Source: a virus (Duplodnaviria; Heunggongvirae; Uroviricota; Caudoviricetes). Taken from it: a stretch of 50,275 bases of DNA. Under the pieces are notes generated by a model. The model was not told where the DNA came from. It saw only the letters and a program-made list of their open reading frames with translations, and did not search any database. The stretch's first letter is position 1; every line of letters starts with the position of its first letter. The position numbers and the translations under genes were made by a program. The DNA is taken from the IMG/VR virus record IMGVR_UViG_2974540528_000001, positions 97,169 to 147,443 of that record; one strand, written 5' to 3'. This document shows positions 1-7,906 of this stretch, piece by piece.

Positions 1-1
1 A

Positions 2-145
2 CATCTTCAGGGTGTGGTAAAAAAGGAATTTCCTGAAGTAAAATCATGGAAGATCGCAAATCTTCTCGGCAGTACAGGTATGCATGATGTGAGAGTGCGA
101 CGTAGACAAAAATATCTCCTGGAGGTTGATGATGGAAAATGTTAA
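2..145 (+). CDS. Partial hypothetical protein (5' end outside window)
   Basis: Frame open from position 2 to TAA 143-145, overlapping the next gene start. Confidence 0.4.
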   Translation, partial: HLQGVVKKEFPEVKSWKIANLLGSTGMHDVRVRRRQKYLLEVDDGKC

Positions 146-371
146 GAAGGCATTAGAGCATCTTGATACAACGCGCCCCGGTATCCGGTGGGTGGAGGGT
201 GTTTCTCATGGGTATCGGGGCGCACTTGCATATGTAGAAAATATTCGTGCAGCGGCAGAGGCTTGTTGGTACATTCAGGACATGGCTGACTGGACAAAGC
301 GCTTTGCTTTGAAAGAAAAGACGAAGGCCATTGTTGGTCATGATCGTATTCTTTTTGGAAAAGAGCCTTGA
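132..371 (+). CDS. Hypothetical protein
   Basis: GGAGG at 121-125 ahead of ATG 132. Confidence 0.7.
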   Translation: MENVKKALEHLDTTRPGIRWVEGVSHGYRGALAYVENIRAAAEACWYIQDMADWTKRFALKEKTKAIVGHDRILFGKEP

Positions 372-423
372 CACCTCATGGATAGTAATATATCCTCAGG
401 GTATCTAATCAAGAGGGGGAGCT

Positions 424-579
424 ATGAATTTCTGGATAATGAGAGCGATCGTCCGCGATCACTTCAATGCGGAAAGAAGCGGTGTTTATGAGAACCTCGG
501 ATGTCTGCCTTTTATCCTGAAAGTCGTAGCCATTGTTCTCATCATCGCGGTACTTAATCACTTTGGTCTTTGGGAGTAA
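424..579 (+). CDS. Small membrane protein (51 aa)
   Basis: GGGGGAG RBS; hydrophobic C-terminus; below the ORF-track cutoff. Confidence 0.55.
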   Translation: MNFWIMRAIVRDHFNAERSGVYENLGCLPFILKVVAIVLIIAVLNHFGLWE

Positions 580-583
580 TGAT

Positions 584-766
584 ATGTTTGTCTTAGTATT
601 TACGTTTTTCTTGTTCATTTTGAACACGGTTTGCTGTGGGTTGCAGGGATTAACACTCCTGCTTCGTAAAAAAGAAGATCCGTTTGTTTTCCCTGGCCTC
701 ATGATGATTGCCCATGCATTTCTTTCAGCATGGATGTTCAATGTCTGGTTGGAGATGACACCATGA
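584..766 (+). CDS. Small membrane protein
   Basis: GGGAG RBS; two hydrophobic segments; ATGA overlap with next gene. Confidence 0.65.
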   Translation: MFVLVFTFFLFILNTVCCGLQGLTLLLRKKEDPFVFPGLMMIAHAFLSAWMFNVWLEMTP

Positions 767-1008
767 ATATCTTTACGGATGCACGGATGTGGACCCCAAT
801 AACACCTGAAGAGCGTGAATGGATAAAGCAAGAAATTGCTACCACAGAGGCGCTGTTAACTGACGAAGTGTGGATCGAAAATTACGTAAAGGGTTGCCAC
901 GAAGATGGCATGACCTCTTTCGATCGCGAGCTGGTCATCATGTGCATTCAGGCCGACCTTTATGGTATGAAGAGATGCCTGAAGCATAACTATGTGATTC
1001 TTTGGTGA
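763..1008 (+). CDS. Hypothetical protein
   Basis: GGAG RBS; ATGA coupling. Confidence 0.7.
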   Translation: MNIFTDARMWTPITPEEREWIKQEIATTEALLTDEVWIENYVKGCHEDGMTSFDRELVIMCIQADLYGMKRCLKHNYVILW

Positions 1009-1016
1009 GGGAAATT

Positions 1017-1182
1017 ATGGCATTCACTATTATTGCGTTAATTACAAATATTGTTGGCGGGGGTATTCCACACCATACTTGCTTCCGACGGGGAAAATAA
1101 GTTTTCGGCAATTGTCTCTGCGATCAATTGGTTCTTGGTTGGTGCTCTGCTAGTCATTCTTCTCCATGAGGTGGCTGCATGA
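1017..1182 (+). pseudogene. Frameshifted 54-aa two-TM membrane protein
   Basis: GAGG RBS and ATG 1017; removing one A at 1040-1041 gives a continuous hydrophobic ORF ending in an ATGA overlap at 1179-1182. Confidence 0.6.
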
Positions 1183-1526
1183 CGTTCAACGAAGTACGCT
1201 ACATCCGTGTGTATGGGGAATACCAAAACCCGGAGGTTATTCGAGTATCTAAGGATGGTCGTAACTGGTATCTTGTAACAACAGATGATGATGAGGTCGT
1301 TGAGAAATTCCCGAAAGATTTACTCCTCACAATCAGCTTGTACGACAAGTGGATGAATAGTCTTCTATGGAGTTCGCTCGTCTACCATGCAGAGGATAAC
1401 TCTTCCCTTGATGGGTCTGACATTGTGAAGCATTTCTGGCGTTGCACAGACTACATGGAGCGGGTTATTGCTTCAAAACTCAAAGAAGTCTTTCCTTGGT
1501 GTGAGTGCTCAAATGAAAGATATTGA
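1179..1526 (+). CDS. Hypothetical protein
   Basis: GAGGTG RBS; 115-aa ORF. Confidence 0.75.
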   Translation: MTFNEVRYIRVYGEYQNPEVIRVSKDGRNWYLVTTDDDEVVEKFPKDLLLTISLYDKWMNSLLWSSLVYHAEDNSSLDGSDIVKHFWRCTDYMERVIASKLKEVFPWCECSNERY

Positions 1527-1734
1527 TAAGATGGGGACAGAGACCTGCCCACACTGTGGAGGCTACTCTGCCAGTACCGTTATCACAGAACGCTACACGC
1601 TGTATGTTGATTTTACTGGGATACCCTACAATCAGGGTGATAACAAGGTCGTTTCTGGGGGTAAGCGCTATGTCTGCGATTCCTGTGGGAAGGATGTCTC
1701 TAAATTAATACCAACGCCGGGAGTCATGAAATGA
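1513..1734 (+). CDS. Zn-ribbon protein
   Basis: CPHC...CDSC. Confidence 0.7.
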   Translation: MKDIDKMGTETCPHCGGYSASTVITERYTLYVDFTGIPYNQGDNKVVSGGKRYVCDSCGKDVSKLIPTPGVMK

Positions 1735-1964
1735 AGATTAAACTGACTGAAAAATTAAGGATGGATGTTTTTGTCTGGGAACTTGAACCGGGAGATGGTT
1801 TTCTCTATAAAGAAAAACCACACATCAAATCAGAAAGACCCACCTGGTGGAAAGATGATTATTTCTACGTACCCGCCTTCAATCTACACGAAGGTAAAAT
1901 AGAGACGCTCCACCCAGACACAAAGGTAAGACGCTCTGAAACTTCTGTGGAGTATACAGTGTGA
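1731..1964 (+). CDS. Hypothetical protein
   Basis: ATGA coupling; GGGAG RBS. Confidence 0.75.
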   Translation: MKIKLTEKLRMDVFVWELEPGDGFLYKEKPHIKSERPTWWKDDYFYVPAFNLHEGKIETLHPDTKVRRSETSVEYTV

Positions 1965-2212
1965 ATACTCTCAACACCTACACAAAAGTCTTCCACTTCT
2001 GGTGGCAAAATCTGGGAAGGCCCGATGTTGACTCAAAGGATGAGGCGCTTAGAGGTTGGAAAGACTGTATGCTTAAGCAGCACGAAATCAATGACAAGGG
2101 GAGTATCCTCCGGGGAACAGATGCTTATTGCCTGGGGTGGAACGCCGCTGTCGAGTTTATTCTTGGGGAGAATTACGATGACAAACTATCATGTTTTGTT
2201 ATTACAAATTAG
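1961..2212 (+). CDS. Hypothetical protein
   Basis: GTGA coupling; GGAG RBS. Confidence 0.7.
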   Translation: MNTLNTYTKVFHFWWQNLGRPDVDSKDEALRGWKDCMLKQHEINDKGSILRGTDAYCLGWNAAVEFILGENYDDKLSCFVITN

Positions 2213-2220
2213 GGGATAAA

Positions 2221-2643
2221 GTGATAAAACATCTAACACAACCAACAAAAGATAGTTGTATGGCTACCTGCCTTGCTATGGTTATCGGGATAAGTGCCGA
2301 GGAGGCAGTGAAGCTATACCACACAGATCTGCAATCATATAAGATATGGTTTGATGACGTTCTTGAGGATTACCGTATACCCTATTATTATGGATCACCA
2401 AAATCCTCACGAATTAGCGGGAATGTTCTTTGCTTCGCTACAGTCGCATCCCTGAATATGCCGGGTATGCTGCATCAAATCTTAATACAGAATAGTGAAG
2501 AGTCGATGATTGTTTACGACCCAGCAAAAGGTAGGGTTGGTGCAAAATATTACATCCCACACACAGATGGGCCTGAAACAGAGATGGCTAAACATCTTCA
2601 GTCGTGGACACTTGATCTGATCATTCCGTTGGTATACAAGTGA
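2221..2643 (+). CDS. Peptidase C39-like (papain-fold) protein
   Basis: QPTKDSC catalytic-Cys motif, LHQILI His, VYDP Asp; GTG start. Confidence 0.6.
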   Translation: MIKHLTQPTKDSCMATCLAMVIGISAEEAVKLYHTDLQSYKIWFDDVLEDYRIPYYYGSPKSSRISGNVLCFATVASLNMPGMLHQILIQNSEESMIVYDPAKGRVGAKYYIPHTDGPETEMAKHLQSWTLDLIIPLVYK

Positions 2644-2676
2644 GTAAAATGTCGTAGCGTAAACTGGAGGGCTATT

Positions 2677-2880
2677 ATGGCTTACAGAACATTTGAGGAA
2701 TGGAATGCCCGTGGGAGGATCATCAAGAAAGGGGAAAAAGCAATGGGCCACCTCCTTGACGGGACTGCCCTTTTTGGAAAGGAGCAGACAAAAGGGAAAA
2801 AGAGTAGAGACTGGGGAGAGACTTCTTTAGACGATGGCCCGGACTCGTGGTATATGGGTGATGAAGGGGAATATTATTGA
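2677..2880 (+). CDS. Small protein with an ArdC-like ssDNA-binding motif
   Basis: GGAGG RBS; TFEEWNARGRIIKKGEK resembles the TFxxWxxxGxxVxKGEK motif. Confidence 0.55.
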   Translation: MAYRTFEEWNARGRIIKKGEKAMGHLLDGTALFGKEQTKGKKSRDWGETSLDDGPDSWYMGDEGEYY

Positions 2881-3071
2881 TGACAGCACTATTGGCAATA
2901 CTCTGGTTTCTTTGGTTATTCATCTCTGTCACAGCCGTTTTCGAATGTGTTGGCTGGAGAAGTATGGTGCAATTCTTCCCCGAAGGTCGGCGGTGGTGGA
3001 TGCTGCCACTTCAGTTGCTGACACTCTTTAACTTCGCTGTATGTATTCTACAGAATCCATTTGCGGGGTGA
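2880..3071 (+). CDS. Membrane protein
   Basis: Two hydrophobic segments; stop/start overlap. Confidence 0.7.
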   Translation: MTALLAILWFLWLFISVTAVFECVGWRSMVQFFPEGRRWWMLPLQLLTLFNFAVCILQNPFAG

Positions 3072-3073
3072 TA

Positions 3074-3358
3074 ATGAAAGCTATCCCGCTGAAGAAGTGC
3101 AAACCTATAACCTACTGCAAATTCTGCAAAGCCATTGGCATCCGCAGGCGATGCACAGTTATGACGAAATACCAACCACCGTGGGGGCTGCGTGACTGGT
3201 ACAAACACTACGCCTGTGATGAACACAAAGACCTGATTGAGGACCCGGACCCACGAGGCATCATGGAAACTGCTGCAAAGAATCCCGCCCCACCACAAAA
3301 AGTTGCAAGGGATGACCACTACACAGAAGCAGATTATCAAACTTGGATGAGGATATAA
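3074..3358 (+). CDS. Cys/His-rich hypothetical protein
   Basis: CKFC...CDEH; operon spacing. Confidence 0.7.
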   Translation: MKAIPLKKCKPITYCKFCKAIGIRRRCTVMTKYQPPWGLRDWYKHYACDEHKDLIEDPDPRGIMETAAKNPAPPQKVARDDHYTEADYQTWMRI

Positions 3359-3594
3359 TGGCATACACATTTAAACAAATGAAGAAAGGATCTTACTTCG
3401 GCAACGTCAACGACCACTCATCAGATGTCTACCATAAGGTTTCTACCTATGAGTATTCTAATGTACGGACGGGAGAGGTATTCGATATCCGAAAAACAGG
3501 ATGGGCAAGGTACTATGACTCTGACTTCGGTATGTTCTGCCTTGCAGAAGTGAAGATCAGGGTAGAGAAGGTGCAGTGGAGACCGGAGTGGTAG
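3358..3594 (+). CDS. Hypothetical protein
   Basis: GAGGA RBS; TAATG overlap. Confidence 0.75.
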   Translation: MAYTFKQMKKGSYFGNVNDHSSDVYHKVSTYEYSNVRTGEVFDIRKTGWARYYDSDFGMFCLAEVKIRVEKVQWRPEW

Positions 3595-3605
3595 CACACA
3601 ACAAG

Positions 3606-3635
3606 GGAGCCTGAAGAGGCTCCTTTTTTTTTTTT
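3606..3635 (+). terminator. Rho-independent terminator
   Basis: GGAGCC-TGAAGA-GGCTCC followed by 12 T. Confidence 0.85.
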
Positions 3636-3649
3636 ATTATCTAAAACCC

Positions 3650-3678
3650 TTGACCTGAAGTGGCCCACACATTATACT
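3650..3678 (+). promoter_or_regulatory. sigma70 promoter
   Basis: TTGACC-17-TATACT. Confidence 0.8.
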
Positions 3679-3709
3679 CTCCTAAACACAGACAAGAGGA
3701 GATACTCTT

Positions 3710-3847
3710 ATGACAGAACATACAGTGATGTTGATAGCCTTCGGGCTTTGGTTTGCCTTCATGATTTCAGCTTCTCTCGGCTTATTCTACTGGGCCTGCT
3801 TTGGTAAGATTGAGAAGAATAAACAAAACTTTGAGTGGTGGAAATAA
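3710..3847 (+). CDS. Small membrane protein (45 aa)
   Basis: GAGGAG RBS; one TM segment. Confidence 0.65.
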   Translation: MTEHTVMLIAFGLWFAFMISASLGLFYWACFGKIEKNKQNFEWWK

Positions 3848-4020
3848 TGGAGCTTATAATTCTTTGGATATTGGTGATCGTTGCCATAGTGGTGGTGGTC
3901 TTTGCTGTCTGCTCCTTATTCGGAGACGACGATGATGACAATGCCCCACCAACGGGCCAGACCACCCAGGCAATGATGAGTACCACACAACAATGTCTGA
4001 TCATCACAACCATTCTTTAA
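3847..4020 (+). CDS. Small membrane protein with acidic tail
   Basis: TM segment then DDDDD; TAATG overlap. Confidence 0.65.
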   Translation: MELIILWILVIVAIVVVVFAVCSLFGDDDDDNAPPTGQTTQAMMSTTQQCLIITTIL

Positions 4021-4030
4021 GGGACCCAAC

Positions 4031-4315
4031 ATGGCTTTCAATAAGGTAGTAAAAGCGCCAGCAAAACTGGCACACATCAGGAATTGCCCACGCAAGAAAT
4101 CTGAGAGGGAAAAGAGGCGAATGGAGTGGCTGCTGGAAAGCATTAAGAACACCACAACATCATTATTAGCGCCATTCGGACAAGAGTACAAAATGTATTT
4201 GTATACCCGCCTGAGAGAAGACATCGCAGAGCTGAATAGTCTCACCTGTTACAACGGTGTGGAAGCACAGGCGGCAATTACCGAAATCAAATTTTACCAC
4301 GACAGGATGCTATGA
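4031..4315 (+). CDS. Hypothetical protein
   Basis: AAGGGA RBS. Confidence 0.75.
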   Translation: MAFNKVVKAPAKLAHIRNCPRKKSEREKRRMEWLLESIKNTTTSLLAPFGQEYKMYLYTRLREDIAELNSLTCYNGVEAQAAITEIKFYHDRML

Positions 4316-4578
4316 TGAAACATTTCGAAGGACTGTTTTGGATCACCATTTACCACACAGCTACACCTCTTCTGAAGAGCCGCCTCAAAGAGGCTGGGTG
4401 TATTGTCTACCAGGGGGATGAGACATGCTACAACTGGGTATATGCTCTGTTCGATAGCGAGTCTAAAATGAATAGAATTAACAGTAGATACTACAGGTCA
4501 GTCCAGATGATTCTCGGAACATACAAAGGCTATCAAAGCTGGCTGGACGACGGTCACTACACACAAATTGAACTATAG
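4312..4578 (+). CDS. Hypothetical protein
   Basis: ATGA coupling. Confidence 0.75.
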   Translation: MMKHFEGLFWITIYHTATPLLKSRLKEAGCIVYQGDETCYNWVYALFDSESKMNRINSRYYRSVQMILGTYKGYQSWLDDGHYTQIEL

Positions 4579-4589
4579 GAGCACACAAC

Positions 4590-4967
4590 ATGAGTGATTA
4601 CAAAATCCTTTACAAACGCCGAGCAGGCAGGGAATCATGGGAAGTCTTCTACAAAGAAAGGCCGCTGGAGTATTGTACCCCAAGGGTTTTAACGGACTGC
4701 GGGTATCCTGATTCCAACCCATATGACAGCCTTGATAATGCCAGGAAAGTCATAAAATCTCACAAACGCTTTATGGAGATGTATATCGAGGAGAACAGAG
4801 AAAACACAACAAAGTGGCTGAGTGAGGACGGTGTCCCGATCCCACAACAAGTTATGGAAGTCCTTCCTGATGATGGCCCACCAAATATCATGACCAAGGT
4901 CTGTGTTGCCATCCCAGTTTTGGCGGTAATTATAGCCACTGGAATTCTGTATTATATCATGGATTGA
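4590..4967 (+). CDS. Hypothetical protein with C-terminal TM anchor
   Basis: AGGAG RBS; hydrophobic C-terminus. Confidence 0.75.
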   Translation: MSDYKILYKRRAGRESWEVFYKERPLEYCTPRVLTDCGYPDSNPYDSLDNARKVIKSHKRFMEMYIEENRENTTKWLSEDGVPIPQQVMEVLPDDGPPNIMTKVCVAIPVLAVIIATGILYYIMD

Positions 4968-5023
4968 TAAAATGGGTTGACGTAAACTGTCAGTCCTGTG
5001 TTAAGGTTTCTTCGAAATGATGC

Positions 5024-5052
5024 TTGCATCACCCGGAGGGCCATGCTATAGT
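5024..5052 (+). promoter_or_regulatory. sigma70 promoter with extended -10 and no downstream gene
   Basis: TTGCAT-17-TATAGT with TGn. Confidence 0.65.
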
Positions 5053-5390
5053 CATTATACGCCACATCTCCTGAAGCGGGAGGATACAATCATCACCCCT
5101 GCGTGAAAGGTTGCACATCCAATTAACACACAACCTTAAGGGACTCCCCGATATGTCGATAAAACACCATTTCATAAACACATTGCCGTAACGTGTCGAT
5201 GCCATAAACATATCGCGTAAACAGGCCCCTGTTTTCTCCACATAACCACCCCCGCCCCGTGGGGAAATCAAAACATGCCCCTGCCGAAAATATCACTTGC
5301 CGAAAAATATCGTGTTCGCACTGTCTGAGGTGTTTTGGAGCATTCTCACCATCTGAGGTGCTAGACGGACAGCTCCGGGCGTCAATTATT

Positions 5391-5405
5391 TTTACGGATC
5401 TTTAC
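5391..5405 (-). promoter_or_regulatory. CpxR-consensus box
   Basis: GTAAA-GATCC-GTAAA on minus strand, 5 nt upstream of TTGACG. Confidence 0.55.
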
Positions 5406-5762
5406 AAAATATCATGGGCAAGGTCGATCCGGTCCCCGGTCCCTCGGGGCCTCTTCAGGCATGATAGTTACTTGCCGAAACTAATAATTATCAAATGTTA
5501 CAGATAGCAAGCATATGGTTTACCAGCTTAGAGCACGATTTGTCATTGACAAGCTTATATTTATATGAATTACACCATTTAACATAAAACACGTTATACG
5601 CACTGGCTAACAACACATAGCAAGCTAATAATGCCTCAATGTTACCAGTGTGACACATAGGCCAGCCTCTTCAGGTCATTACATGGTGTGACTGTTACTG
5701 TGGTGATAGTTTCATGTGTGATTATTCATGTTTCAGGGTTGTTTTGTGAATGAGATGACGAA

Positions 5763-5925
5763 TGAGAATCATTATTATTTCGATTTCGAATTCAATTTCG
5801 AAATGAGAATCATTCCGCAAATATAAATATTTTGTAAATTTATAAATAAAAGCTTGACAAGGAGAGAGAATCGTGTTTAACACACAGCTCTACTTTGAGC
5901 ATTTCCCCAATGATAATCATTCCCA
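5763..5925. promoter_or_regulatory. Three Fur-box-like sites
   Basis: TGAGAATCATTATTA 5763, TGAGAATCATTCCGC 5804, TGATAATCATTCCCA 5911 versus the 7-1-7 consensus TGATAAT-N-ATTATCA. Confidence 0.6.
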
Positions 5926-6008
5926 TCAACCCCGTTACGGACCGGATACCCGGCAATGCTAAAGCATTGAAATAGTTACAATAAGTAACTATTTTCTTTA
6001 TTGCTACG

Positions 6009-6021
6009 CAAGGGATTGATA
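6009..6021 (-). promoter_or_regulatory. IHF-consensus site
   Basis: TATCAATCCCTTG matches WATCAANNNNTTR, with an upstream AT tract. Confidence 0.4.
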
Positions 6022-6184
6022 GATATTTTCGATAATAAAAACACTTGACAGTTTACACTTTTTCCATGCTCAAAATCAGGCCTTTCCATAGGCCATAGGC
6101 CCACATTAGCAAGTGATTTATTGCTATTTGTCAACCATTAAATTTCATTTAATCACATAATAATAACGGGGTGTTACCATCACC

Positions 6185-6390
6185 AGCGACACAATAACAC
6201 GAGGGCGATCAACGATAGTTGATCGGTGTTATCGTGGCGATGTGATAAAGTTCCATTGCTAATCATTACAGATGTAATGATAATACACTGTAATAATTTC
6301 GTCCTTGATCGTAGCGTCTACGAGCCACGATAACGCGAACGAGAATGCGATTTGTTCGCATTTGAGTTACCCTCGTGTTATTGTGTCGCT
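6185..6390. other. Multi-branched structured element (ncRNA or DNA cruciform)
   Basis: Perfect 21-bp outer inverted repeat enclosing an 11-bp stem and four hairpins. Confidence 0.8.
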
Positions 6391-6489
6391 CGCTACGCTC
6401 GCGCCACTCCCCACGATTACGCGAACGATTTTTATTTGACAAGATTTTATTTTTATGCTCAATAAAACCAGTTCACACAATAGGTTAGA

Positions 6490-6521
6490 TGATAAAAGTT
6501 ATCATTTGAGAGTGATTCCCA
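6490..6521. promoter_or_regulatory. Two adjacent Fur-box-like sites
   Basis: TGATAAAAGTTATCA and TGAGAGTGATTCCCA. Confidence 0.5.
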
Positions 6522-6633
6522 CACTATGCATACATAATGCTTAAAAATGCATGTTTTATTCAGTTAATAACATGCGTTATTAATTGTTGGGGTTGTTAGG
6601 TAGGGCCATACCCTTTTAAGCGCAATATGCGCC

Positions 6634-6697
6634 ATTCTGAGAGGCTTTATCTCTTACCCTGGCTAGTGGGTTACCGCCTGGAGATCTCGATTATGCA
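6634..6697. repeat. GAGATCTC module, copy A (partial)
   Basis: ATTCT..AG..ACCCTGG..AGTG..GAGATCTCG aligns with copies at 8447 and 11805. Confidence 0.65.
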
Positions 6698-6750
6698 GGT
6701 TTTAGTCACCTATCACTTTTTGATTATTGATTGATAAAACCTAACATATA

Positions 6751-6778
6751 AAAACACAAAAGCCGGGAGTTGCCCGGC
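6751..6778 (-). terminator. Rho-independent terminator ending the minus-strand early block
   Basis: GCCGGG/CCCGGC stem followed by a T-rich tract on the minus strand. Confidence 0.75.
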
Positions 6779-6803
6779 ATTATTTTTGGGGAGTAGTGGA
6801 GCC

Positions 6804-7067
6804 TTACAGCGCGATAGCCAGCAGGCCAGCGATCAAGAAAGGGAGATCATAACGGTCTAAACGATTAAAGCGATTAAGTTTAATCAGAGTGTAAAACGTC
6901 AATTGTAAAACGTCGATCATGGTGTTAAACCCTTGCGCCATTGTTTCCGTCGTTACCAGGCAAGCCAGCCAGTTAAAACACGTATTAGACACTAAAGCAA
7001 TAAGGCAAGCCAGCAGGGTAGCGCGTAAAAGGCTTGTTTTGCTTACAGTGTAAATCATGTTTGTCAT
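6804..7067 (-). CDS. Membrane protein
   Basis: GAG RBS; hydrophobic segments. Confidence 0.7.
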   Translation of the reverse strand: MTNMIYTVSKTSLLRATLLACLIALVSNTCFNWLACLVTTETMAQGFNTMIDVLQLTFYTLIKLNRFNRLDRYDLPFLIAGLLAIAL

Positions 7068-7098
7068 TTGGTGTTACTCGTTTAATGAGGGAGGTAAA

Positions 7099-7135
7099 AG
7101 AATAACACACGAAAAAGGGCGCTGCAATAGCGCCC
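7099..7135 (-). promoter_or_regulatory. Overlapping terminator and sigma70 promoter
   Basis: GGGCGCT/AGCGCCC stem plus T5; TTGCAG-17-TATTCT with the -35 in the hairpin loop. Confidence 0.7.
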
Positions 7136-7141
7136 CGATGT

Positions 7142-7312
7142 TTAAGCTAATTCAATCTCAAATAAAACGCCCATATAGCGATCATCACCTGAAAGCGTAG
7201 TAACAATTTTCATACATTCTTCAAAGGTCCAAGCCATTGTAGACCCCTGGCGAACATAAGACACATAACCGGTTTTTGAAGTGCTTTTGATATTGTAGCG
7301 GATATTTGACAT
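7142..7312 (-). CDS. Hypothetical protein (56 aa)
   Basis: AGGTAAA RBS ahead of ATG 7312. Confidence 0.7.
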   Translation of the reverse strand: MSNIRYNIKSTSKTGYVSYVRQGSTMAWTFEECMKIVTTLSGDDRYMGVLFEIELA

Positions 7313-7362
7313 TTTATTTACCTTCGGTTTTGCGGGTTGGTTATCTTCCCGCTCTGAAATAA

Positions 7363-7402
7363 ATAATAGTCGAAAACATCTGGCGAGGCAAGCGTTTTGC
7401 CT
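7363..7402 (-). promoter_or_regulatory. sigma70 promoter with inverted repeat over the -35
   Basis: TTGCCT-17-TATTAT; AGGCAA-5-TTGCCT. Confidence 0.65.
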
Positions 7403-7415
7403 TTTCTTTACAACC

Positions 7416-7628
7416 TCATTCACTGATTAGTTTAAATTCAGCCTCAGGGTGATAAAGGTCGGCCATATAGCGCTTTTTGTAATAGAAAGATACTTCCACA
7501 ATGTGGGGCGCTTCGATTTCTATTTGTGTGATAGTCACTAAACCAGGTTTAAAGCCTGGTGCAATGTCCGGTAACTCAATAACCATTCCGCCTTTTAATT
7601 CCTTCGCTTTTACAGTTCTCATGATCAT
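7416..7628 (-). CDS. Hypothetical protein
   Basis: Coupled to the upstream gene; AAAGGT RBS. Confidence 0.7.
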   Translation of the reverse strand: MIMRTVKAKELKGGMVIELPDIAPGFKPGLVTITQIEIEAPHIVEVSFYYKKRYMADLYHPEAEFKLISE

Positions 7629-7858
7629 TAACCTTTTTTGCGTTTAATTACTTTTATTACTTTAAGGCCCTTTTGTTCTAAAAACTCCGGGCGGCGCAAT
7701 TGTGCGGCGCTGCTACGGCTTTTCACCTTGTTAGACAACACACCATAATAGCGCCCGTCCTCATACTGCCCGATGAAATAAAAATCATTTACGCCGTATT
7801 CCTCATCTCCTGCCTTCTGGATGATTTCGGCTAATTTGTCAACACTAATATTAATCAT
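7628..7858 (-). CDS. Hypothetical protein
   Basis: AGGTAAA RBS and upstream hairpin. Confidence 0.75.
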   Translation of the reverse strand: MINISVDKLAEIIQKAGDEEYGVNDFYFIGQYEDGRYYGVLSNKVKSRSSAAQLRRPEFLEQKGLKVIKVIKRKKG

Positions 7859-7906
7859 AATTGCTTTACCTCAAAGGATAGCGGGGCGGCTAGCGCCCCG
7901 GATTGG

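Noticed and set aside
5029-5507. ORFs 5029-5271 (-) and 5259-5507 (+) from the track
   Set aside because: No convincing RBS, weak starts, and they run through repeats and regulatory motifs; treated as non-coding
5648-5725. TGTGA/GTGAC half-sites suggesting CRP or matS sites
   Set aside because: No matching second half-site (TCACA or GTCAC) at the required spacing
5970-5994. Tus/Ter-like TTGTAACTA
   Set aside because: Lacks the conserved upstream G and ATG positions; better explained as one arm of a 10-bp inverted repeat
6045-6460. Isolated TTGACA hexamers (5547, 5853, 6045, 6436) as promoters for the structured element
   Set aside because: No acceptable -10 at 16-18 bp spacing
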